Of a stretch of DNA of 64,000 nt, positions 23,301 to 36,964 are shown piece by piece; within the stretch, counting starts at the first letter, position 1; every line of letters starts with the position of its first letter. The notes under the pieces were generated by a model. It did no database searches. It saw only the letters and a program-made list of their open reading frames with translations, and had not been told where the DNA came from. The stretch lies in assembly GCA_012295275.1 (NCBI GenBank), contig CM022677.1, positions 20,336,001-20,400,000 of the forward strand, read 5' to 3'. The stretch is from Chrysomallon squamiferum. Lineage: Eukaryota > Animalia > Mollusca. The position numbers and the translations under genes are program-made.

Positions 23301-26300
23301 GTAAGTTTTTGCAATTCAATACATTTATTTTCTTTACTTAAGAGTCTTAATATAAAGTAAGACTAAATGTATTCTGTATTTTTTTTTTTTTTTTTTAAAT
23401 TTAAAAAAATTATTTTGCTCTCCAGTTTTAAAGTGTACTTTTGCTGATATAATGTAACAGTCTAAATAAGTTTTGTATTATTATAATTATTATTTATTTA
23501 TTTATTTATTTATTTATTGCTGTCCTGTCTTAATTAAAGTATTTCCAGTGATAGAAAATGATAATCTAAATACATCCTCAATGCTGGAAAATTAAATTTA
23601 TTTGTAGTTTTCACACCAGTTGTGAAAGGTGAAATGTAGCGTTAGAGTTTTGTAACAATTGTTTTTATGTTTTTAAATAATATTTTTTTTTTTATGATTG
23701 ATGGTAAACTAAATAGAAATAATAACTTTGAAGATTAAAGAATTTTATTAGGCACTTCATTTATTCTATCTATAGTACTCTTTAATTATGTTTTATTTTA
23801 GATTTTTTAAAATGCACCCATTATGATATAAACTAGTGTACATCTAATGTAATTAAAATATACTGATGATTTTAAGTTTCCTGATTCCAGTATTTATATT
23901 ATCAATAAAGCAGTTGAAGTTAATTTTATTTAATTACATTCACTATTACATGTTAATTGACTCCAATCTTTAGTACTAATAAATTATTAGTAATACAGAC
24001 TAAATATATATTTTTTGTACTTCCTTGTGAGAAATATGTTACTTGACTTCTGTCTTTAATAATAATAAATTGTTAGTAATACAAACAGATAGTCTAAATA
24101 CATTTTACTTTCTTCCACTTGAGAAATGTATGTTACTTGACTTTAATCTCTAGTAACAATGGATTATTATTAATACAAATAGTCTCAGTATTTATGAAAA
24201 AAGAAACTGATTGAATTGATTATTATCTGTTCTTGTCTCCAGTCTGTAATACTAATACATTCTTAATAAAAAAACGATTATTCATTTTATGTAATTCCAG
24301 TCCTTAATAACAATAAATTATGAGTGAAAAAAATGAAATAATAATCTCAGTGCAATTTACATAAATCATTTGATGGTTATGTTAGTTACTCCTGTGTTTA
24401 ATTTTGACAAATTATCAGTATGTGTATACACCCTAAATTCATTTGACATAATTCAGTGTGATTATATTACAGACTTTTGACTCCAGTTTTTACTACTAAT
24501 AAATTATTATTTGAAAAATAGACTGTTCATTTTACATAATTCAGTTGATGGTTATATATTCTTTCCAATTTTAATACTAATAAAGTATTACTGAAAAAGT
24601 AGTCAAAGTGTAATTATAGTACAGTTCTTAACTCCAATCTTTAATACTAATAAATTATTTGTAATAAATAGTGTAAGTAGATTCAGTCTTTAATACTAAT
24701 GCATTATTAATAATTTCAGTCTATGTTCATTTGATATTATGATTTACAGGTAACTTGATAACGTACTAGTAATACATATATATTAACAAATACATTGGTA
24801 ATACTAACATAAATAGCCTGATAATAAAGTACAAATTATATTAACACACCCAAGAAATAATTCAAGCTATTACTTACAAATTATGCTAAGATTGGATGTG
24901 TTAGGGTGTAGTCTGGTGGTTAGAGCTGTAACATGATCTAAAATATTTCATTACAAAAATATGTTTCAGGTTTATTAGACTGGTAATTGTGCAGTTCTGT
25001 TTCAAAATTTGAAGAGGATTATATTCCCACCACACCCACTATTTATTACCTAATCCAGTGATGTGCAAACTTTCTGATCTTATAGGCCACAGTTCTTTAA
25101 CTTCACTAGTACTACAGTCACACAAATTTCATTGTGATTACATAAAACCTGAAAGTGTAACATATGTGATTTTGCATAATTTTCTAACAGTGAACCTCTG
25201 TGACTTAAAATGCTGCATATAAATAATGGGTGTGTTACATGTTTTCATAAGAACTGACTTCATCCCTCTATGATTGCCATTAAAGTAAAAATAAAACAGT
25301 TATTATTTATTACTTTTATTCAATAACAACTTTAGAACTAAAAATGAATATTGGATGCCTTATCAATCATAGGAAATTCTTGGTGTATGTGTGTTAATAC
25401 TGAAATACAACCTTGTTATATTTCAAATGAGATGTTAAATGTGATGAGGTGACATCCTTACCTCTAAATTATCTAACTCTTTTTAGTTACCTGTTTTGTG
25501 TGTCTGTTATTCTGTCTGCAGGTGAGAAGCTGTGTCACTTGAAGTGTGAACATGGAGGACAGGCAGATTCAAGATGTTCTCACTGTGTTTGTAAAGGATA
25601 CTGGAAGGGACCAACATGTGGTATGTGCAGATTGATTCCATGTGTGTGTTTGTGTTTGTGATGGATATTTGACTTGTTCCAACTTGTGGTGTACATATAT
25701 ATATAAATCAAAATAAAATGAAAAAAAAAAAATGAAAACAAAAACAAAAAATGAAAAATTATATTACATAAACTTCAAAATTAGATTTTTGTATGATGCT
25801 AAGCAAACACAACGAAAAGTTGATGCTGTGGCTTAGAAAACATTAGAAAACAAAACTGTAGATCCTAAAGAATAAGTTTACTGTATGTGCTAAGCAAACA
25901 CTAAAGAAATTGTTATATTTCATATATGTAGATCATAAAACTTTAAAAAAATGTGTTATATTTCAGATATATGTGGATATAAAACACTAAAAAAAAGATG
26001 TGTTATGTTTCAGATATATGTGGCTTAGCATGTGAAAATGGGGGATCTCCATTTGCTGACTGTGAGGGGTGTCTGTGTCCCCCAGGCTGGGGTGGATCTA
26101 CTTGTAGTCAAAGTATTCTTTTTTCTTTTCTAATAATAATAATAATAATAAAAAAATAAAAAAATATGAAATAACTACATTATTACTACTGTTTTACTAT
26201 GCTACTTCCAGTTTAATTAACAATAAGAATGTTCATTTTGATAAGTAAAGTGTTAATAATGATCATGAAAATTATTATGATAATAACCACTGAAAATTAT

Positions 26301-26932
26301 AATGACAGTAATAATGACCACGATAATTAGTATTAATAATAATGATGAGTATAATGATTAAAGCTCTTAATAATTATTGTGATAATTATAATGATCATTG
26401 TAATGATAAATAAATTTCAGGAACGTGTTACCACCAGTGCTCTGAGTTTGAACGTAATTCTGTGTGCAGTAAGTGTGTCTGTGAGGGACTGTGGAATGGA
26501 AACAGTTGTGGTAAGCATTATTACATGCTTGTGTAATTACCATACAGTGTGTATTCATTAAAGTAGTGAATCATTTTTAGATAGAAGCCTATTTAAGTAG
26601 CACTAAAACACAGCTAATGGAAGTCTGCTGACAAATGGTTTAGGAAACTTCTTTTTATCTTATCTGGTAAGTTGAAATATAACAGTAGTTATTTTTATTT
26701 TATTTTATAGAAGGTTGTGATTTAAAATGTCCGAGAACTTCCAGTTACTGTGAATGTAACTGTCATGGCCGACAGCCTAGAAATAGTTGTGGTAAGGTTT
26801 TGTAATTTTCATAATCAATGACACACATGCACACTGTGATCCTTCTCTCTCTCTTTCTATCTGTCTCTCTTTTTATCTCTGTCTCTCTGTAAATCTTTTT
26901 TCTTCTATCTTTTTATCTCTCTCTCACTGTGG

Positions 26933-26982
<50 letters not shown>

Positions 26983-27969
26983 GTCATTTTGTGTAACTCA
27001 TCTCTCATTTCTTTAGCATCTCTTGCTCTCTCATTTTCTGTTTTGTCTTGCTCTGTTTCTATTGTGACACTAATTGTTTGCACACATTCATGCACAAAGA
27101 CACACATACACACACACGGACAGAACAAACACACACACAGAGACACACACACACATGACATAGATACGTAGACACAGATACATTATATACCCTACAGCAA
27201 CATGTAGGATTACCACTAATGCCACTAATGATTAATACTAATACTACTAATGATCATACTGGTTCTGGTACTAATACTAATCATAACACTGACATTGGCT
27301 ATAACATTGATATTAATACTAGTTCTAGTATTCATACTAATGCCAGTCATGTATTACATCACTACAGGAAAAAAGAAAAGAAAGAATGGTATCAGTACTA
27401 GAGTAAAGAGAAGTAAGTCTGATTTTCACAAGTGTATAATACATATATACATTTCATATAATCAGTCATTTTCTCAAATGTTAGGAAAAATTAGTAATTT
27501 TCACAAAAGAAAAGGAGAATAACTAATTTTTATTAGAATAATTTTTAGAAACGAAAAAGAAACTAATTAATTTTCACAAATGTTTAGCTATTATTATTTT
27601 GTTGTTGTTATTATTTTTGTTCCTAATATTGTCAACATGGTCATTATTGTTGTTATTACTATTATTATTATATTCATTATTATTATTATTATTATTACAG
27701 GCTGTTCTTTAAAATGTAATCATGGAGCAAAGCCCAGTGCAGATTGTACAAAATGTGTGTGTTCATTTTACTTGTCTGGAAGGTATTGTGGTATGTTTGA
27801 TTTTAGTCTTCATCAACACAGAAGCACACACAGACATACAGAGATACATACAAAATGTGAACAAACACAGAAAGAGAATAAACAGATATAAATACAAAGA
27901 CACACAGACAGAAACAAACAGAGACAGGCACACATACACACATACACATATTTAGGGACAAGTTGAAAT

Positions 27970-28006
<37 letters not shown>

Positions 28007-30478
28007 TACAAATAAACATCTAGATAGACAGGTAGAAATTTTTCATTTTAAAAATTATAAATATCAATTATTATTCATATTTTTCGTAACACCTGTTTTT
28101 GCAGAATTTTGCAATCTGGGCTGTCGTAATGGTGGCGCTGCTAACAGTATCTGTACCAAGTGTCTGTGTACTCCACTTTTCATGGGACCACGCTGCAATG
28201 AGAGTAGGTTTATTTATTTTCATTTCTGTTTGTTTGTGTACATGCATGTTTAGCTGTATCAGTGTATGGGAGTGTCTGCATGAAACTATTTGCAAAACCT
28301 GTTGTTTTTGTTCGTTTAAGCAACACATGAGTTTGTATTGATTCCCTGATATGACTGACTTCAAAATGAATGTCTGTCATGCAGTTCCTTGAGAAAGATT
28401 TAATGACAAGAACAACTTTTCTTTAATACTTAAAAGCATATTTTATGACTCAGCATATATTTTGTTATTCTGCAAGACAACTGGGCTATTTAGTAATTCA
28501 TGATCTCAGAAAGCTTGACATACCACCCATTTCATTATAATGCTAAAATCAGATGAGCATTAATGTTAACATTTTAAAAACATTTGAGTGTCTGTGTCTG
28601 TCATTTTCTTTTTACCTTCTTTTATCTCTTACTAAAATTGCTTCCATAAGTACATACATATACATATATATATATATATATATAAAATAAATATTATTAT
28701 TATTATTATTTTAAATTTGTGTATAAATCAGGTTCAGATTCATTTTTATCCATCGTATATTTTTACTTTCACTTTTGTTTATTTATTTATTTATTATTAT
28801 TATTATTATTTTTTTTTTTTTTACAGAGTCTTGTAAATTGGTATGCAAGTCTGGTTCTTCATTTGATGTTCAGTGTACTAAATGTAACTGTTTAGGAAAA
28901 TGGAGTGGACAACACTGTGGTAAATAATATATTTCCTTTACTTATTTGTTGGTTTATTTATTCTGTTGTTTGTTTGTTTGTATGTTTATTTATGAAAAAT
29001 TTATTTGATTTAATTGTATTATTTATATATTTATATATTTATAAATTTATATGATTATATCATTAATTTTGTAAACTGTAGTTTAATTTATTAAGTATAT
29101 CATTTATTTTTTATTTATTTTTTTACTAGTATCTGATTGTTTATTTTTATTATTTATTTATTTGTTTGTTTGCTTGTATGTTCACTTATATAATATTTAT
29201 TTTATTTAATTATATTACTTACTTATTTGATTGTTTATTTATTTACTAGTATTTGATTGATTGTTTATTGTTATTTATTTATTATTAAGTAGGTTTCATT
29301 TATTAAAACTGTAGGATGTCAAAGTAGATTTTAACAGAATTAAAGCTCTCAGAATAATAATAAAATATTTTCATCACACTATGTATTCTTCACCTACACA
29401 GTTTTACATAAATGCAATTCTAAATTCTGTTTTGTTATTTTTGTTATATTTTAATATACAAGCATTGTATTATATTGGAGTTAAAAATGTTTCTGCCATG
29501 TCATAAACTGTTCAGCAACTACATTTTATTTGCACGTGTTACAGATGAATATAGTGTCATAAACTGTCTAACTAGTACATTATATTTTAACAGATGACTG
29601 TAGAGTGACATGTCATAAACTGTCTAACTAGTACATTATATTTTAACAGATGACTGTAGAGTGACATGTCATAAACTGTCTAACTAGTACATTATATTTT
29701 AACAAATGACTGTAGAGTGACATGTCATGAACTGTCTAACTAGTACATTATATTTTAACAGATGACTGTAGAGTGGCATGTCATAAACTGTCAAACTAGT
29801 ACATTATATTTTAACAGATGACTGTAGTGTGACATGTCATAAACTGTCTAACTAGTACATTATATTTTAACAGATATCTGTACTCTGACATGTCATAAAC
29901 TGTCTAACTAGTAAATTATATTTTAACAGATATCTGTACTCTGACATGTCCTCCTCCAGAAATACTGACAATAGAGTGCACTTGTGGATGTAAGCTATTT
30001 TATACTGGAAGTAACTGTCGTAAGTATTTGCAATTTGTTAACTAGATTTTATGATGATAATTATGATGAAGATGTAAATACCTGCTGAAACAACAACAAT
30101 AACAACAACAATAATAATGAAGAATTAAAAAGAACCTTAAATATTGTAATGTAATGTATTGTAATGTAATAAGATGATTGTATCTGTGCACAGAAACCTG
30201 TGGACTAAGATGTCAGCATGGAGGAAGTGCAGATTCAAGTTGCTCAAAATGCATATGTAAAGGATTCTGGTTTGGAAAATTATGTGGTATGTATATATAT
30301 ATGTGTGTGTGTTTGTGTGTGTGATGTATAATACTTATACTAATATGTAGTTTTAAACATATGAAAGACCCAGACACATAATTAATATGTAATTACACAT
30401 GCAAACAAGTTATATATACTTATATGTATACTCAAACCAGATTTATACTGACACAACAAAATTACAATACTACTGTAA

Positions 30479-30526
<48 letters not shown>

Positions 30527-32068
30527 ATTTATCTTGTGTGTATACACACACATGAACACACACACAAGTGAATACAGAAAAAATATTTTTCTTGCAAGTT
30601 AAGAATAGATATTTTTGTGGGATTCTATTATTTTAATTTTTTTCAGAAATATGTAATCTCCAGAACTGTAACAATCGGGGGAAACCCATCTTGGAGTCTT
30701 GTGAATGTTGGTGTGCTCCTGAGTTCCATGGTCCTTTATGCAAATTTAGGAAATGTATGTTTATACTTTTGCTTCTTTACTACTACTGCTACTACTACTA
30801 CCACTTCAACTACTACTAATATTACGACAATTGGTCTTTTATGCAAATAGCATATGCTTATTTAATTCTTCACAACTACTACCATTAGTTCAGCTACTTA
30901 CTATGACTGCCACCACTACAGTGACCACATCAACTGCTCTACCATTACTACTACTACTTCTACAGTTACCACCATATTTCCGGTTCCTTTATCCACTTCT
31001 CCTCTATAACTGTTACTACAACTACTATTACTACTGCTATTACTACTACCACCACCACTGTTTTTCCAGTTCCTTTATCTATTTCTACTGCCCCTATTAC
31101 TACTACCATTATCACTACTATATTTCCAATTCCTTTATCTACTATTTTACAACAACAACAGCTACTGTTACTACTACTACTACTACTACCAGATTAGGGC
31201 CATATTTTAGCCAGATAAATGTACTATCAGGATAGTCATATAGATAGATAGATACAGATATAGATCTATCTGTCTATTATATATATATATATTAATGAAA
31301 TAATGTTTCCTATAATTACACATTGTCCAAAATTCGAGGAAAATCAATACATATTCATGAAACCATTGTCTTCACTATTTCATTGTTCACTCTTCTCACA
31401 TGCATTTCATGCAGAGTGCACAATTTTATGTTTTGCCTGTTTTGGGACCACATGATACTCACACACCTTTTTTGAAAATGAAAAAAAAACCCCAATGTTT
31501 GCCTAACCATTTTGGATCTCTGAAAAACACTTCATTTGATCTTACCTCCAATTCTTTCATGAAGTGCAGGGACTGAAGATTGTGTTACAGCAGGACAATG
31601 CCCACCCACTATAACAGACTTCTTAAGACAGCAGAACACTGATGTTATTAAGGAACTCTATTCGACAATTTGTTTTCAAAGCTAATGGTGGTCATGCACA
31701 CTGATATTGTCTCTGTGAATTAACTTCTTGTACCACTCCTCTTTTGGGCCTAGTGTTAACATGTAATGATTTTGAGTTTACAATTTCAATAAATAAAACA
31801 TTTACAATGCAGAATGCAAAACATCATCTTGTTATTGATCTAAACCAATGCAGTTCTGTTCATTGTTCATGATGTGCACTTTATATATATATATGTGTAT
31901 ATTTTGTTTAAGTGGCAGGAGAAGGGGGAATAATGAAATTAAAAGGAGGAGGAGGAGCAGGAGAAGCATGCCGCCTTACTTGTAAAAATGGAGGTCGTCC
32001 CAATCCTCAGTGTACTCTCTGTATATGCAGAGGATCTTGGATAGGGGCTTCTTGTGGTAAATATTCAA

Positions 32069-32103
<35 letters not shown>

Positions 32104-33603
32104 TATTTTTTCTTTTTCTTATTATTTATTTATATATTGTTATAATGTAGCAATCACTTTGCAATCACTTTGATAGCATATGTCTTCACTTTAGTGCAGG
32201 TATGTGTTACCATGGAGACAGAGCTAGATTAATCACTGTCAGGTCATGTCAACTGACTTGTTACCCTGGAGATGAATCTAGTTCTCATTACAGAATCTTG
32301 AGTACTGACTTGTATATTATGAGTATTTTTGTTTGTATGTGTCTGTGTGGGTATGTATATATATGATCTTTTGTTAATAACAGAATATATTATTGTTTTT
32401 ATACTGAAGCAAAATTATTTATGGAGATGTGTCTGTATAATATATTTAATGTATATATGTATAACATTGCAGAATGTGTGTGTGTGTGTGTGTGTGTGTG
32501 TTACCGGTTTCCAAAATATGTACATGATTATTTTTTAAATTTATATCTCTGTTTGCATTTAAACATATTCTATACATTTAGCACAAAAGTGAAACAGGTT
32601 GGAAAATAGTTATTTTTTCCAGATTGTTTTTACTTTGTTTTTATTCATTGATATTATTGTAGATTATTGTTCTGTGTGTATGAAGTATTCTGACAAACGG
32701 ATACTTATGTTAGAAAATATAAATATTACCAGAATGTTTCTATTTGTTTATTTTGTTTTTGTATTCAACAGATTATTATATGCCTTACTCAAATATTTGT
32801 TAACAATTTTTCATATTTATTTATTTATGTAAGTATGTATGTGTCAGTGTATGTATGTATGTATGTATATGTGTGTGTGTTTGTTATGTATGTATCTATA
32901 CGTGTATGTATAAACATATATAGATATCTGATTGTACCTTTGAATAGTTAAAACTTAAATTATTATTTACTAGTTTCATATTAATTACATATTATACGCA
33001 TTGTTAGCACTGGCTATGTTTAGTGCTAAAAACCATAAATATAATTTGTTCTATGTATATGTGTATGTGTATGTGTATATCTGTATGTATATATGTGTGT
33101 GTGTGTATATATATTGAATTGAATGGATTTTATATTACCATGTTTGTTCATGACATTCATTTATAAATTTTGTTTCATTTAGAGAATTGCCCTTTGGTAT
33201 GCCAACATGGTGGTAAACCAAATAGACTGTGCAGTTTTTGTGACTGTGTTGGGAAATGGTATGGACTAGAGTGTGGTAAGAACGAATCATAGAAAAATGA
33301 ATTATAGATGAAATATTTAAAAAAAAATAATAATAATAATAATAAAAGTAATAATAATAATAATGATAATAATAAGAAGAAGAAGAGGAAGAAGAATCAG
33401 TGTGTTTACATGGACATTTTTTAATGTTGATTATATATGAATTGAGCTGAATCTACATGGTTCATTTTATTTATTTTTTTATAAATTAATGTCTAGGTTA
33501 GATTTATTACACATTTCTATTCTAATTTTTGTTTGTATATAAATGTCTGCAGATAATCATGTACTTAGTGCTGTTTCTTTACACAGGCGATGTTAATAAA
33601 AGT

Positions 33604-33646
<43 letters not shown>

Positions 33647-33949
33647 GTTTTGTAGGGTAAAATGTCAGCATGATGGCAAGACCAATTCAGATTGTACTGG
33701 GTGTAGAGACTGTGGTGCAAAGTGGGGTGGAAACTTCTGTGGTAAGCACATTGTAGATATAACAGTAACTGTTCATTTTCACATTATTATTTATTGATGA
33801 GTCCGTCATTTAAATATCCACTGCTATACTGTCTGATTTTTATTATATATACACAAAATGGTTGAAAGATGTATTCAGATTTTTAAAACAAATCTGGCAC
33901 ACCCACATATACATACACACATATATAAATAATATATTTCAATCAGTAA

Positions 33950-33983
<34 letters not shown>

Positions 33984-35825
33984 CAACAACAAAAAAACAA
34001 GTTATATAAAAGATATTTCACCAAATATATGAGACCTTAGATAAAATAAATAAAAATTATTAATCCATCCATTTGGTAACACAAGTATAGCATTGTACAC
34101 ATCACATACAAATCTACAGCTAAATAAGAAATATATTAACATAAATATTTTTGTGACAGAGAAAGAATACTGATAACATAGCCATGATGCTATGAACAAA
34201 TGTAACATTGCTAACATCATATTGAAGAATATATAAATGTTTTTGTTTTTTCATTCAGAGATTTGCAATCTGAAGTGTGATCAAGGTAGACCCAGCTCTG
34301 ACTGCACTAGATGTACGTGTGCTGGAGTCAAGATTGGAAAACCATGTGGTAAATTCATTTTAAAAACCATCCCTAGCCATTTTAATTTAGTAAGAAAACA
34401 TTCACAGACATTTTAATTGATTGTGTGGTAAGAAAACATCCAGAGACATTTTAATTGATTGTGTGGTAAAAACCATTTATTACATGGTAAAAACCATTTA
34501 TTACATGGTAAAAAACATTCATTGATATTTTAATTTATTGTGTGGTAAAAACCATTCACAGACATTTTAATTTATTTTGTGGTAAAAACCATTCAAAGAC
34601 ATTTTAATTCACTGTGTGGTAAAAACCATTCACAGACATTTTAATTGATTGAGTGGTAAAACCCATTCATAGATATTTTAATTTATTGTGTGGTAAAAAC
34701 CATTTATTACATGGTAAAAAACCATTCATAGATATTTTAATTTATTGTGTGGTAAAAACCATTTATTACATGGTAAAAACCATTCATAGATATTTTAATT
34801 TATTGTGTGGTTTTAAAATGGTAAAAACCATTCATAGGTTTTTTATTTACCATTTATTACATGGTAAAAACCATTCATTGATATTTTAATTTCACAGATA
34901 TTTTAATTTATTGTGTGGTAAAAACCATTTATTACATTGTAAAAAACCATTCACAGATATTTTAATTTATTGTGTGGTTAAAAACCATTTATTACATGGT
35001 AAAAACCATTCATAGATATTTTAATTTATTGTGTGGTAAAAACCATTTATTACATGGTAAAAACCATTCACAGATATTTTAATTTATTGTGTGGTTAAAA
35101 ACCATTTATTACATGGTAAAAACCATTCATAGATATTTTAAGTTGATGTGGTAAAATCATTTGTAAATATTTTACATTACTGTGTTTACAGTAGACTCTT
35201 ATTTAACAGAATTTAAGTAAAGGAATTGTTGTGAAAATCAATAATAAAAATTCATTGACACTGTTTCAAACAGGAATCGTTGTTAACAATAATATTAACA
35301 ATAATAACAGTAATTTTAACAGTAAAACAGTAAAAATAGTAATCATAAGAAAAGAAATTACAAAGACACACACAAACACACACACACACACACATTTTGT
35401 ACATTTATTCGTAAGCGTGAATAGATTTGTTTCTCTGTCTTTAACTGGAACTAAAATATGTTTAGTATGTGTGTTCATGACATGCAGGAATAACTGAAAG
35501 AAATTATTTCATTTAGCGTGCACTTTGAAATGCCAAAACGGTGGTAAACCTAATTCTGACTGTTCTTCATGCGAAGGATGTATTGGAGGCTGGTGTGGAG
35601 CTGAATGTGGTAAAAAAAATATTCAAAGATTTAAAATTTAAATGTTATTGAGTGTTTATTGAACTACTGTAGACCCACTCACAGATAGATGGACAGGCAG
35701 TAGATAGATATATAGGTTATGTAGAAAGAAATGTATAGATTAAACAGATATGTAAATTTAATAAAAATATTGCATTAATTACTTTTCTATTCATTTATGA
35801 TCACATATATTTGTGTGGAGGACAA

Positions 35826-35880
<55 letters not shown>

Positions 35881-36082
35881 CACACATATGCTCTGTTTTC
35901 TTGTAATATGTACATCATCAAATTGGTTATTATATTTATTTAGAGTTTTGTAGCTTGAAATGTGAGCATGGTGGCAGACACAATGCAGAATGTACTAGAT
36001 GTGTTTCATGTTCTGGAAAATGGTCTGGAATCTATTGTGGTAAAACATAATAGATACATATTACTATTATTATTATTACTGC

Positions 36083-36140
<58 letters not shown>

Positions 36141-36653
36141 TATTTGTTTGTTTGTTTATTTGTGTATTGACAGTTACTTACGACATCACTTAAACTGATC
36201 TACTGCGTATTTTTGCTAACTTGTTTAAAGTTGCTTATGCTTCATGAATGTAAAATAACATCTGATGTGTTGAGCCTAGACTGAGTTTCGTAACTGAACC
36301 CATTTCACATTTAAATTAGAAAATGACCTGTTTTGCAGAAAACAGTCAATGACTAACAAAAGCAACTAAAATAATGTCCTGGAAACATAAAGAAAGGTTT
36401 CATGTTTCATTAGATCCTTTTTTCCTGCTTGTTTTTTTTTTTTAATGAGTTGATAATGTCAAAATATGTTAAAAGCTGTTGGGTTGCTTTGACAGGACAT
36501 TCTAATAAGCTGGTTATTTGTTTTGTTCAGGCACCTGCACGTTGAGATGTCAGCACAATGGTTTGCCTAATGCTGACTGCACTAGCTGTACACAGTGCAG
36601 TGGAAATTGGAAGGGAACATTATGTGGTAATATCACCATTATAAAATTACTAG

Positions 36654-36705
<52 letters not shown>

Positions 36706-36908
36706 TTATTTCAATATTTGTTTTTCATTTAGTCAATTGAGAAATCATTATTGTGAGTATTTGTATGGTCATTTCTTTGTAAGATGTTCTTTTGCTTTGT
36801 AATTATTGTGGTAGGTTTGTTTTTGTAAAATTTTGTAAAGTTATTGTGAGATATTTTGGTTATAATGTAAAGTGAGATTCTGAATTCTGATTTTTTTATT
36901 TATTTATT

Positions 36909-36964
<56 letters not shown>

